A stretch of 20,000 nucleotides of DNA from an uncultured virus (IMG/VR IMGVR_UViG_3300037453_000161) (taxonomy: Duplodnaviria > Heunggongvirae > Uroviricota > Caudoviricetes): the IMG/VR virus record IMGVR_UViG_3300037453_000161; one strand, written 5' to 3'. Below, piece after piece: positions 7,894 to 17,032 of the stretch. A program made the translations under genes and the position numbers. The notes beneath the pieces are model-generated. The model saw nothing but the letters and a program-made list of their open reading frames with translations. It was not told the origin of the DNA and did no database searches. Within the stretch, counting starts at the first letter, position 1. Every line of letters begins with the position of its first letter.

Positions 7894-9006
7894 CTACGCA
7901 CTAACTACGCAATAAATTGTTCCTTCAGTAAGAGCCGCACCCTCTCCAATATCAGTAGTTGAGGTGACGATTTTAACAAGACCGTAATTTGTGCCAGAAG
8001 CGGTTGGAAGGGTGATGTCGGCGTTAGACGCTTGGTTAGTCGTGAATGAGCCAATCGTGGTCGCAGCAGCGTCTTTAAGGGTAATAGTAGCATCTTTAAT
8101 ACCAGCACAAATAGCGGCGTTGGTGACTGCGTTGCTTGAAGATGGGTTCAATGCTGTGTCAAGAGTCCCCATTGGGCTTGGAAGAGTAATAGTCTGTCCA
8201 CTCGCCTGGTTGGTAGAGAATGAGTCGATAAGGGTATGGTCGTAGTTCTCAATACGAATAGTTGAATCGTACACAGCAGGAACGGTAGGGATGTCGGTAA
8301 GTTTGGCATACTCACTCATATCTACTTCGGTAGTACCAAGGTGTTGCCACTGGTTGTTGATGTACATCCATTGGTCATAGTAGTTATTGCCACTTTCCTT
8401 CTTCATATACACAGTTGTAGTGCTAATACCAGTAGTAGGGAGGTTCTGGACGATTTCAAATGTAACGGTCTGTTGAGTAATAGCACCAACTGCGGTAGAG
8501 ATAGCAGCGTCAGTTTGTGCCTTCGTGTAATAAGAGGTAGCGTCAGCAAGGTCGGTAACGTTTACTGGGATGATAAGGTTAGCAGTCTGGTTTGTGCTTG
8601 AGTTAGCAGTAAATGTAGCGATAGTGTTGCCGTTCTTTTGAATGTCAAGAACAGCATCATTGACAGTGTTTACATCTACTTGTCTGACATAACCAGCGTC
8701 GTTGTTAAGTTGTGAAACGTTAGTAGGAATAGCAGAAGCAAGGGCATAACTGCTTGCGTCAGAGAGTTCTGCTACTGTGGTAGGAATCGGAAGGTCAACA
8801 GTAACATTACTTGCGTCATCTGCCGTGAATGTGCCTACTGTTGTGCCGTTTACTTGGATGGTAAGAACTCCATCGTTAGGGTCGAAGTTCATCAAGTATT
8901 GAGCAATATCTGCTTGGTTAGCAGAAAATAGGTTCATTTTTGCCGAGGTGACAAGTTCGTTTGCCGCCCAGGTGATGTTTCCGTTTGGTAATCCTGAATA
9001 TGCCAT
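7894..9006 (-). CDS. Fibre-like structural protein with internal repeats
   Basis: 370 aa, T/A/N-rich. Four copies of D-x-x-(L/I)-x-(I/L)...(T/S)F(T/S)x(N/D)xxx(N/G)xxxxL. Also IPTNVSQLNNDAGY and IVQNLPTTGISTTTVY...WMYINNQWQHLG fibre motifs. Confidence 0.75.
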   Translation of the reverse strand: MAYSGLPNGNITWAANELVTSAKMNLFSANQADIAQYLMNFDPNDGVLTIQVNGTTVGTFTADDASNVTVDLPIPTTVAELSDASSYALASAIPTNVSQLNNDAGYVRQVDVNTVNDAVLDIQKNGNTIATFTANSSTNQTANLIIPVNVTDLADATSYYTKAQTDAAISTAVGAITQQTVTFEIVQNLPTTGISTTTVYMKKESGNNYYDQWMYINNQWQHLGTTEVDMSEYAKLTDIPTVPAVYDSTIRIENYDHTLIDSFSTNQASGQTITLPSPMGTLDTALNPSSSNAVTNAAICAGIKDATITLKDAAATTIGSFTTNQASNADITLPTASGTNYGLVKIVTSTTDIGEGAALTEGTIYCVVSA

Positions 9007-9026
9007 AATTATAATCCTTTCATTTA

Positions 9027-9032
9027 ATTATA
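9027..9032 (-). promoter_or_regulatory. Possible -10 box for the 370-aa gene (leadered)
   Basis: TAG-TATAAT-TAAA directly after the upstream stop resembles the repeated core. SD AAAGGA follows. Confidence 0.45.
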
Positions 9033-10922
9033 CTAGGTTTTAACAATTCTCGTTTTTCCGTGATTCGTGCCTTCAATCCAGTCACGAGTTGATACGGTGT
9101 TGTCGGTCTTTACTTTGACCATATCACGAATCTCAATAGTCTCCACGTTGCCAGTCACCTCACTTGTACCTTTGACGAGACCCCATAATGGTCTTGGAAC
9201 GGTTGGAGAAACACTGACCCATCCAGAGGTCAAATCCCAGTTGTTTACCACTCTTGCCCTGATGTAGACTTTTTGCAGAGGTTTGAGGTAGGAAATCGTG
9301 TATGAATACGGGGCAGTAGTAGGGTTTGTGCTAACGAACGGAGATGAAAAGTCAGAGTTCCAGGACATCTGATACTCAATTTTCTTTAACGAAGAGTCCC
9401 CAGAAGCACCGCCAGTGCCATTGTTGGTTGTGACGGTTGTAAGAGTCCTGTCTAGTTCGTCCCAAGAGAAGGTGAGAGTTGGGTCTTTCGGGATTGGATG
9501 GACTTCAGTAATATCAAGAGTAAGAGCCGCAGTAACTTGGTTCGTGTCTTGATAGGTAGCCTGACGCACTTGAACCTTTACAGCCGTATTATAGGCGATA
9601 TTGAGGTTAAAGGTCTGGGCGGTATTAGGGGTGTAGTTCGTAGCGGCGTTCGCCCACGCAGAGTAAGTCGTACCGCCATCAGTAGAATAACGATATTGCA
9701 GATTGACTTTTGCACCAGAGACGTTATTAGTGCCGTCTGCGGCTTTTCCAGTAGCCTTTACTTTGAATGTGACATTAGTATCGTTTCTAGTAGTGCTGTC
9801 CAACGTCACAGAAGCCATAGGAGCAGGTGGAAGGTAATAAACAGTAGACTCAAGAATGGACGCAGTTTTCTTCGTATTTGTTGCGTATGCACCTAGTTTG
9901 AACGCCGCACAGCCTTTAAGGTTGTTATGGGTGAACGTTTTGTTACCTGTTGCAGTAGCAGCAGTAGTCGACTGTGACGTGTAGCAGTTGCTCCACGCAG
10001 TGCCAGAACTTGCGGCTACGCCAACATAAATAGCACGACTTGCACGGTTGTTAGGAGCACCAAAGCCAGTACAGGTTGCCTTCGCTACAACCTGATTCCA
10101 GGCACGAGAAACAAGCACAGCATCTAGTCCAGTAGGTACAGATGTTGCCTTGAAGTCAAGTTGAATCGTGGTGTCAGAGTTAAGCGTGCCAGAGTATTCA
10201 GAGTTGCCAGTATAATACCAGTCAGCAGATTGTTCAGTAACGTTGTTGATTTTATAAGTAGACCCAGCGGCGTAGTCCCAACCTACCTGGTCAGAAACCT
10301 GACTACCGATTTTCGTAGTGTTAGGGACATACTCATCAAACTTGCCAACAGAGCCATCACCTGCCTCTGTACGGTTTCCAGCACTATCAACCTTGTTTAC
10401 ATTGACGTTTAGGTATTTTGTATTTGATGGGTAAGAGATAGTGAATTGTGGGGCAGGGTCAGAACCATCACGAGAAGAGTTAGAATCGGCGTTTGAGTTT
10501 TCAGTGCCGAAACCCATACCAAACTTAAATGTCCTAGAACCAGCAGCAGAACTTGATACAGTCCAGGAAAGGTCACCGAAGTTCATTGTACCAGTATAGA
10601 AAATCCAAGGGTCAGAAGTCCACCAACCATAGCCACTTTGAAGACATACCGTACCAGTTTTCTTGAGAGGAGAAGTACCGCCATATGTAGTGCTACCATT
10701 GTCCCAAATGCCATACCAACCATAAAATGCCCTTGTCCAACCGAAGTTGAGGGTGAGGTTAGTGCCATAATGGTTTCCTTCTACACGAAGACCTTTTACA
10801 GTAATAGTATTGCCAGAGCGTGTGACGCTATCGTAGACAAGTCTATCTACTTTCAAAGTACCAGAGTGCCCAGAGTAACCAATGGTTGCTGTTGAGGGGT
10901 GGTCTAATGCTGTCGTTGCCAT
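9033..10922 (-). CDS. Minor tail/adhesin-like protein with FN3/Ig-like domains
   Basis: 629 aa, T/S-rich. QYRYSTDGGTTYSAW and YLKPLQKVYIRARVVN are FN3-like. Aromatic/Gly-rich N-terminal domain. SD AAGGAAAG. Confidence 0.7.
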   Translation of the reverse strand: MATTALDHPSTATIGYSGHSGTLKVDRLVYDSVTRSGNTITVKGLRVEGNHYGTNLTLNFGWTRAFYGWYGIWDNGSTTYGGTSPLKKTGTVCLQSGYGWWTSDPWIFYTGTMNFGDLSWTVSSSAAGSRTFKFGMGFGTENSNADSNSSRDGSDPAPQFTISYPSNTKYLNVNVNKVDSAGNRTEAGDGSVGKFDEYVPNTTKIGSQVSDQVGWDYAAGSTYKINNVTEQSADWYYTGNSEYSGTLNSDTTIQLDFKATSVPTGLDAVLVSRAWNQVVAKATCTGFGAPNNRASRAIYVGVAASSGTAWSNCYTSQSTTAATATGNKTFTHNNLKGCAAFKLGAYATNTKKTASILESTVYYLPPAPMASVTLDSTTRNDTNVTFKVKATGKAADGTNNVSGAKVNLQYRYSTDGGTTYSAWANAATNYTPNTAQTFNLNIAYNTAVKVQVRQATYQDTNQVTAALTLDITEVHPIPKDPTLTFSWDELDRTLTTVTTNNGTGGASGDSSLKKIEYQMSWNSDFSSPFVSTNPTTAPYSYTISYLKPLQKVYIRARVVNNWDLTSGWVSVSPTVPRPLWGLVKGTSEVTGNVETIEIRDMVKVKTDNTVSTRDWIEGTNHGKTRIVKT

Positions 10923-10938
10923 TTTCTTTCCTTTCCTT

Positions 10939-13302
10939 TTAGCCTAATACATCCGTTCCGTCGAGATGGCTTACATCGAGAATAAACGGACTTGAAGTTA
11001 ATGAACCATCAGTGAGATAAACAACCACTTCACGGGCGTTGCCGAACTTTTGATGGGCTAGGGTGACGAGTTGAGCGTCAGTATAGTTAATTGGAGCGGT
11101 CATCATATTCTCTTCATTCGAGGTGTCGTAGTTCAAAACTATGTCGTCTTCTGCGTCTTCAAGAGCAGCGATACGAGGTTCTGTGCTTGGGTCAAGGTCT
11201 AGTAGATTCCACTTATCATCCCACCAGAAGAACTCACGCTGTGCCCAAGTGCCACTCAAAATGTTGACCAAACCTAAATCTTGTAGGTCAGGAACTAACC
11301 CAGTCCTTCTCCAAGAGTTAGTGTAGGTAAAATACGAATCGCCAATAACAGCGGTCTTTCCAGAACCAGGGTTAGGGGCTTGAGTGCGAAGGTCGGTGAT
11401 GTCTTCAGCGTAGTAATCATAAGTGCCGATAGGACGGAACGTACTATGAAGCATAGTGTTAATAGCCTCGTAAGTGGCGTTAGATGAAATCAAGTTATCG
11501 CTATCTTCAACCAACTGGTCTTCAAGAGTAATCCATTCACCGAATTGCCCTGGCTCGGTAGCAGTATAAACTTGGTTAGTTTGACCAGCACCAAAGGCTA
11601 CAAGTGCGTCCATTGAACAGAGCAAGCACCCTGTCATTTGTGAGAAGCGGACGATACGAGACAAGATTGAAGCAATCGTTGGGTTGTCTGAATATGGGTC
11701 ACAGAGTTTCTTGACTTGGCAGTTAGCGTAAATGTCCTTTTGCCCAGTCTCGATTTTGTTCAATTCTTGACAAATAAGTTCAGACATATACTCAAGCGAT
11801 TGGCATACACAGTTGTTCACATCAGCACATAGTGGCATAGCGACTGTGACAACAGCAGAGTATGAATCGGTAACGCCTACCTTCTGATAACTCCTAACTT
11901 CATACGAAGTGCCACACAAGAGACCAGTGATTTGACCACAAATAGTCGCAGGAGATTCGGTTGACGTAACAGTATCAGTAGTCACCCAGTCTGTCTGCCC
12001 TTCTGGACGGTATTCGAGGTGGGATGTCATTGGGTTCTGTTCTGAAACTGGGGTGAGGGTGTATGAAGTCACTTTGTAACAATAATCAAGGTCTGCGAGC
12101 AATCCAGATTGTTCAAGAAAACCGCTAGTCGATGTCACCTCACCAGTAATGTTATCAGCAGCAGGTGGAGCAAAAGTGTAAATTGCAGAATGGTATGTGC
12201 CAGCACAGTTTGTTGTCTCTGTCTTTGCTTCGTATGTCTTACCACGCTGGATTAGGTTACGCATCGTTTTGGTGTAACCACTTTCAGAAGATGATGTATC
12301 AACAAGCGTCCAAGCAGATGTGCCAGCCTCACGGATGTAGAACTTGGTCTCAATGTCGCAAGCATCATTACCGTTGTTAATCTGGATGTTCATCTTCGAC
12401 ACTTGGTCAGACACATACTTATAGGCATATGGGTATGACGAAGCGAGCGTAGTAAACGAACAAGTCTTCGTAGTGGTTTTATGACCGTTTGTAGCAGTAG
12501 CCTTGACATAATATGTAGTGTTAGACATTAAGCCTTTTACACCTGTACCAGTAGCGGCTACTGGGTCATAAGTGCTACTTGTAGACCAAATAACAGAGTG
12601 GTTCAAATTACAAGAGTTGCCAGAAGGACAGCCCCAGTCACTTACAGAAGATTTGACTTCGCCATTTGTGCTGTCTGGAACAATAGCACAAGAAAGACTT
12701 ACTGAAGGTGGGTATGGCGGAGCAGGAAGAGTATTACGGAACATTACACCAGCCGAGATGTGGTCGGTGTATCTATTACCAGTACAATACCACTCTGTCG
12801 GGTGAACAGACGAGAAGTGACACGGAGAAACACCACAGCCGCTCTGCCATAGGTTCACAACATAGAATGAACCAAGTTCACGGCTTTGACCGTGTCCTAG
12901 GGTCAACGTCCAAGAGCGAGAGAATGAATGACTACCACCAGTAGAAATGTTCCAGTATTCATACTTCTGCATAATGGTATCATTGTAGCCAGAACCAGGG
13001 AATACACCGATAACACGGGTAGAACAAGCACCACCCTGCCACACTTCACGCCACATATCGTATGACGAAGTGATGTTCAAAGTGATTGAGTTATCAGAGT
13101 TAATAGTACCAGACCAAGAGTCACGCACTCTCATCTTCATACGAGATTTAGTTGGACCACCATCAGAGTCATCCCAGTAGAAGATAGCCTCGTGTGAGCC
13201 ACTTAAACCAACATCTGTCCAGTTACCAATCAAGCCACTCTCAATACCATTTGAGTAGCCATACTCTGTTGAGCCTCTGTTTTTGTATTGTAATCCAGCC
13301 AT
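10939..13302 (-). CDS. Tail protein: N-terminal beta domain, three FN3-like domains, Cys-containing C-terminal module (787 aa)
   Basis: Start moved to the TAATG-coupled ATG at 13302 (SD GGAGGAG). FN3 motifs GLMSNTTYYVKA, NLIQRGKTYEAK, GLLCGTSYEVRS. The last ~290 aa are paralogous to 14519-15523. Ends FILDVSHLDGTDVLG. Confidence 0.75.
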   Translation of the reverse strand: MAGLQYKNRGSTEYGYSNGIESGLIGNWTDVGLSGSHEAIFYWDDSDGGPTKSRMKMRVRDSWSGTINSDNSITLNITSSYDMWREVWQGGACSTRVIGVFPGSGYNDTIMQKYEYWNISTGGSHSFSRSWTLTLGHGQSRELGSFYVVNLWQSGCGVSPCHFSSVHPTEWYCTGNRYTDHISAGVMFRNTLPAPPYPPSVSLSCAIVPDSTNGEVKSSVSDWGCPSGNSCNLNHSVIWSTSSTYDPVAATGTGVKGLMSNTTYYVKATATNGHKTTTKTCSFTTLASSYPYAYKYVSDQVSKMNIQINNGNDACDIETKFYIREAGTSAWTLVDTSSSESGYTKTMRNLIQRGKTYEAKTETTNCAGTYHSAIYTFAPPAADNITGEVTSTSGFLEQSGLLADLDYCYKVTSYTLTPVSEQNPMTSHLEYRPEGQTDWVTTDTVTSTESPATICGQITGLLCGTSYEVRSYQKVGVTDSYSAVVTVAMPLCADVNNCVCQSLEYMSELICQELNKIETGQKDIYANCQVKKLCDPYSDNPTIASILSRIVRFSQMTGCLLCSMDALVAFGAGQTNQVYTATEPGQFGEWITLEDQLVEDSDNLISSNATYEAINTMLHSTFRPIGTYDYYAEDITDLRTQAPNPGSGKTAVIGDSYFTYTNSWRRTGLVPDLQDLGLVNILSGTWAQREFFWWDDKWNLLDLDPSTEPRIAALEDAEDDIVLNYDTSNEENMMTAPINYTDAQLVTLAHQKFGNAREVVVYLTDGSLTSSPFILDVSHLDGTDVLG

Positions 13303-14516
13303 TAGCAACACTCCTCCGCTGTTTCAGCAGTTAATTCTTCAAGACAGTCACCACCAGCCAGAACCTCACATTCTTCTTCTGTCAATAGAGGCACAAGACA
13401 GGTAGCAGACGGCATATACGGTGTCCATTGGTCACAAATCATAATCTCTTCAGACTTTCTGCCGTCTTTCTCTAGGTAGATTTTGAAGAAGTAATTAGTA
13501 TTAGGGATGAGATTGTTGTTGATGTGAACATCAAATGTAGCGTTTTCAGCGACGTTATAGACTACTTGGGTGGTAGCCTTTCCGTCAGACCACTCTGCTT
13601 CACTGTTGATAGCCTCGTACATAACTACAAGGTTTACTCCATCAGTTCCGAGCGTCGGCGTTGAAACATTAAGGGTTGTAGTGATTTTCTCTTCACAGAT
13701 GTCTCGCTCGTGTTCGAGACCATTAAGGGTCGGTGGGCAGAGATTCATCGGTGGGATTGAGATGACGAAACACTGTTGCATATCACCATCGTCAGACGAG
13801 AAGTAAGCACTTCCACAGTTGCCACGAGCGGCTCTAGCGAACACGCCAATAAGTTGCTCGGTGTGGCTTCTTACGACACCAAGGTTGAACGTGATGCTGT
13901 TGTTCATACGAGTTGGGGTGCGTCCGTGTTGTTCATACGGAGTGCCAAACCTGTTCCAAGAGTTCCACCAGAAAAGAGTACCACCACCAGGACAATGGTC
14001 TGAACAGGTCGCAGTAGGAGCAGCAGACCACCAACCACCCATACATTTGTTCCAGCCCCCATCAGAGAGAGACGGACGCTGTGGGTTGTTAATGTCCAGA
14101 AGTTTCACATTGACAGCCCAAGAGACGAACCCTGCTGTGTACATATAAGCCTGGAACTCACGACCTACGTCGCCAGCAGTACCAGTCAATGTTGATACAA
14201 CGTCATTTAATGTGACGATAAGTTCACCGTTTGAGTTGTAAGAAATGTCAGCACGACCTCTTACTTCAATATGAAATGGGTAGAGAGTCCAAGAAATACC
14301 AGTATTATACATACCGTTAGCCGCCATAAACCTGGTAGCGATACCATATTGGTCATAGGCTTGGTTGTAAGCATAACACACGCCGTGGGTCGCTCGTGAG
14401 TGCATAAGCATCGGGTTGCCATTTGAGGTTGTGAACCAAAAAGGAACGCTCGAAGCGGACGAGTTAAATGTGCCACAGTCGGCTGACGGTGTCTCGCCAC
14501 AATGCACAACACCCAT
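13302..14516 (-). CDS. Tail-associated protein with FN3-like domain and acidic Cys-rich C-terminus
   Basis: 404 aa. W/G/C-rich N-terminal domain, NLIPNTNYFFKIY FN3 motif, ends EECEVLAGGDCLEELTAETAEECC. Confidence 0.65.
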   Translation of the reverse strand: MGVVHCGETPSADCGTFNSSASSVPFWFTTSNGNPMLMHSRATHGVCYAYNQAYDQYGIATRFMAANGMYNTGISWTLYPFHIEVRGRADISYNSNGELIVTLNDVVSTLTGTAGDVGREFQAYMYTAGFVSWAVNVKLLDINNPQRPSLSDGGWNKCMGGWWSAAPTATCSDHCPGGGTLFWWNSWNRFGTPYEQHGRTPTRMNNSITFNLGVVRSHTEQLIGVFARAARGNCGSAYFSSDDGDMQQCFVISIPPMNLCPPTLNGLEHERDICEEKITTTLNVSTPTLGTDGVNLVVMYEAINSEAEWSDGKATTQVVYNVAENATFDVHINNNLIPNTNYFFKIYLEKDGRKSEEIMICDQWTPYMPSATCLVPLLTEEECEVLAGGDCLEELTAETAEECC

Positions 14517-14518
14517 AA

Positions 14519-15523
14519 CTAACTCCCAATCACAAGCGTAATTGTCTGCTTACCAGTAGTGGCAGGGACGGCTTGTGCCTGTGCTAATGTCGTTTTAACG
14601 CCAAACAAGTATTTGTCAGCGTCAGCAGAAAGAACAGCGTCTTCATAGATGTCTTCAAGTGCAGACACACGGGCTTCGAGGTCGGCAAGGGTAGCATCCA
14701 TCAAGTTCCAGGACTTATTGCCAGCAGTATCGTGTAAGTAGTATAACTCCTTATCAGCGAAGTAGCCTTTCTCTACCTCGATTACAGCATAGTTGTTAGG
14801 CTCACCGATGACATCTACCGCCTCCCATTGAGTGCCGTCATAGACGTACTCTTGGTTAATGCCATCAGCACCGTTAAGAACCATAGCCTTATCGTTTGCG
14901 GCTACTTGGGACATATCTTGTGTAGCAAGAGCACCTGGGACATCTGCATAATATTCGTAGGTGTAACTACCACCTGCTTCAGACCAAGCGACATCGTCGG
15001 TTGCTTTATGGAAGACAGACAAGATTGCATTTTGAATTGCATCAAACACGCCACCAGATGTGATAGGGAGGAATGAGTTTTGTGTAGGAGTAGTTGAAGG
15101 GTTCTGCCAAATTGGGTATGAAGAGTTAGAACCACCACCCATAAGGATTTGTGGGTAACGCCCAGACTTCAAATAAGCAATAAGTTTAGGGTCGTATGTA
15201 CAAAGAATACACGCAACCGCTTGGTCAAAGCGTAAGATACGAGAGAGAATGGAAGCAAGAGTAGGGTCTTTACTGTCCTCATCACACTTGCTCTCGTCAT
15301 TAGTGTAAATAACCCTGTTGCCTGTCTTGATAGTTTGGTAGACAGCGACAAGGGCAGGAATAAGGTCATTGTTAAGAACATCGCAGTTACTCTCATCTTG
15401 ACCGCTCGTTCCAGAGTCGTCTTGTAGATTCGCACACTCACCAGAAACATACTCACCAATTTCATAGGCGAGTTGGTTGTCTAGGACTGTTTCATCGAAA
15501 TTGTTGTAATAACTGTTTGCCAT
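14519..15523 (-). CDS. Structural/tail protein paralogous to the C-terminus of the 787-aa protein
   Basis: 334 aa. DPTLASILSRILRFDQAVACILC aligns with NPTIASILSRIVRFSQMTGCLLC. Short coiled coil LEARVSALED. Confidence 0.7.
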   Translation of the reverse strand: MANSYYNNFDETVLDNQLAYEIGEYVSGECANLQDDSGTSGQDESNCDVLNNDLIPALVAVYQTIKTGNRVIYTNDESKCDEDSKDPTLASILSRILRFDQAVACILCTYDPKLIAYLKSGRYPQILMGGGSNSSYPIWQNPSTTPTQNSFLPITSGGVFDAIQNAILSVFHKATDDVAWSEAGGSYTYEYYADVPGALATQDMSQVAANDKAMVLNGADGINQEYVYDGTQWEAVDVIGEPNNYAVIEVEKGYFADKELYYLHDTAGNKSWNLMDATLADLEARVSALEDIYEDAVLSADADKYLFGVKTTLAQAQAVPATTGKQTITLVIGS

Positions 15524-15559
15524 ACTTTAATTATAGTAAGTATTTGTTTTATTTTTTTT
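15521..15559 (-). promoter_or_regulatory. Putative leaderless promoter, A8-N16-TATAAT-N6-ATG
   Basis: Exact TACTATAATTAAAGTATG at 15538-15521. A8 at 15559-15552. Lies just downstream of a terminator. Confidence 0.82.
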
Positions 15560-15565
15560 ATTTGT

Positions 15566-15596
15566 AAAATTAAAACCCCGTCACTCGGACGGGGTT
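15566..15596 (-). terminator. Intrinsic terminator after the two-gene insert
   Basis: Minus strand AACCCCGTC-cgagt-GACGGGGTT then TTAATTTT. Overlaps the TGA of the 73-aa gene. Confidence 0.8.
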
Positions 15597-15802
15597 ATAG
15601 GTGTATTTAGTTGTATTGGTTTGCCCAAAAGCGAGCATTGGTAGATAACGTCCCTGATGATGTATTTGGACGCATCACCGTAAACATAGGATTGGTCAAA
15701 TAGTTGGGTTAGATTAACGCCAGCATACTTGCCAATGTGTCCCCAAAGGGACTCACCCCCTTCCTTGCCAATATCTCCGTTAATCGTAACCCAAAACTTC
15801 AT
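15581..15802 (-). CDS. Hypothetical small protein, moron-like
   Basis: 73 aa. Strong SD AAAGGAGG. Confidence 0.75.
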   Translation of the reverse strand: MKFWVTINGDIGKEGGESLWGHIGKYAGVNLTQLFDQSYVYGDASKYIIRDVIYQCSLLGKPIQLNTPITPSE

Positions 15803-15814
15803 ATTTGCCTCCTT

Positions 15815-16012
15815 TCAGCCGAGAGTCCTTATTTCGTGCGTAATGTAGTGCTCAAATAGTTCGATGAACTTCCCTGTGTTAATACCTTCGTCGTATTCCA
15901 CGCAGACTGTATTTCCACTACATTTTGGCACTCCTCCAAGTATCTCGACGCATTGACATAGATTTTCCCTCTGTTGAGGATTCTCTACTACTGCGGTGCA
16001 AACAATCTTCAT
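15815..16012 (-). CDS. Hypothetical small protein, moron-like (65 aa)
   Basis: Start moved to ATG 16012 (MKIVCTAVVEN; SD GAGGTG). 5 Cys. Confidence 0.72.
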   Translation of the reverse strand: MKIVCTAVVENPQQRENLCQCVEILGGVPKCSGNTVCVEYDEGINTGKFIELFEHYITHEIRTLG

Positions 16013-16054
16013 AATACCACCTCTTTCCAATGTACGACCACGACGGTTACTATT

Positions 16055-16083
16055 ATTATACAAGAAAAACACCCTGCTGTAAA
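16055..16083 (-). promoter_or_regulatory. Sigma70-type promoter overlapping the endolysin terminator
   Basis: Minus strand TTTACA (16083-16078), 17 nt, TATAAT (16060-16055). Confidence 0.75.
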
Positions 16084-16096
16084 TGCAGGGTGTTTT
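16062..16096 (-). terminator. Intrinsic, likely bidirectional, terminator after the endolysin
   Basis: AAAACACCCTGC-7 nt-GCAGGGTGTTTT, a 12-bp stem with T runs on both strands, 15 nt after the endolysin stop. Confidence 0.88.
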
Positions 16097-16111
16097 CTGT
16101 GTGAGGTGGGT

Positions 16112-17032
16112 TTAATACTGTGGGAAGAGTGCTGTGTCGATAACAATCACTTGCCGTGGGTAGATTAACCCTCTGTTGACAATGTTGTTCTCGTCTGCAA
16201 CTCTCTGTGCTAAACCATTGTTTCCAAATAGTTTAGAACCAGCGTAGCCCGTATCTCTGATAATCTGTCCAAGGGTCTCACCTCTTACGACGGTGTGATT
16301 CACTTTACCAGAGACAGGTGTAGGAGTTGGAGTTGGGGTTGGAGTAGGTGTAGGAGTTGGTTCTGGTTCATAGTCACCTGGGACAACCCATACCCAACCA
16401 CTGGTGTTCATATTGTGCGTACCGACCTTGAGTGGAGTCCAGTTAGCATCGTTGACCATAGCGGTATTTGTACCAGTTGAGTAGAGATACATAGCAGTAT
16501 GACCGTAGGTAGTGTTGAAACCACCAGAGCCAATCGCACCCTGAACAGGCTTGTCGATGTACTTCCAGCCGAAGTTCTTTACAAGCCAAGCAGCGACATC
16601 TTTGCCGTTGACTGGACCATAATCAGGGTGTGCAGCCGAGTATTCTCTACGACCAGTAGCGAGGTAAGCAGTGTATTTCGAGCATTGCCAGCCCTTGCCA
16701 TTGTCGTTATCGCCATCTGGGAGACGACGACCATAGACAGTGTTGATGGTCTGTCCACCAAGACCGACCTCTTCAATGCCGTCCTCGTATTCTTTGATGG
16801 TTGCTTCGTCCGTAGGCTTATCAACGTTCATCAAACGATTCATCGCTTCTTCAGCGTCTTCAATGAACTGTTTAGTCGCTTCAGGGATTTGGGCATCTTT
16901 CCCATCTAATGTAATGTACTTACCATTTTCAGACCAGTGTCCGAAGATGATGAACAGGGCACAGAGCAGTGCCACGCCACCTACAATGAACCAGTGTAGG
17001 TATTTCTTAAAGAACTTACTTGCCGCTTTCAT
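16112..17032 (-). CDS. Endolysin: N-terminal TM/signal anchor, CHAP, PT linker, LysM (306 aa)
   Basis: Start moved to ATG 17032 (SD GGAGGAG), overlapping the holin end. WFIVGGVALLCALFIIFG (TM), WQCSKY, YGHTAM, VNDANW (CHAP), HTVVRGETLGQI...NRGLIYPRQVI (LysM). Confidence 0.88.
   Translation of the reverse strand: MKAASKFFKKYLHWFIVGGVALLCALFIIFGHWSENGKYITLDGKDAQIPEATKQFIEDAEEAMNRLMNVDKPTDEATIKEYEDGIEEVGLGGQTINTVYGRRLPDGDNDNGKGWQCSKYTAYLATGRREYSAAHPDYGPVNGKDVAAWLVKNFGWKYIDKPVQGAIGSGGFNTTYGHTAMYLYSTGTNTAMVNDANWTPLKVGTHNMNTSGWVWVVPGDYEPEPTPTPTPTPTPTPTPVSGKVNHTVVRGETLGQIIRDTGYAGSKLFGNNGLAQRVADENNIVNRGLIYPRQVIVIDTALFPQY
16316..16369 (-). repeat. Pro-Thr linker repeat in the endolysin
   Basis: Encodes EPEPTPTPTPTPTPTPTP. 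Confidence 0.9.

Noticed and set aside
1756..15538. Repeated 18-mer/50-mer as a CRISPR array, att site or transposon end
   Set aside because: Copies are kilobases apart, always end at a start codon and contain a -10 box. No cas, integrase or transposase gene is in the window.
15524..16111. tRNA or structured ncRNA in intergenic gaps
   Set aside because: Gaps are all about 100 nt or less and are explained by promoters, SD sites and terminators. No cloverleaf seen.
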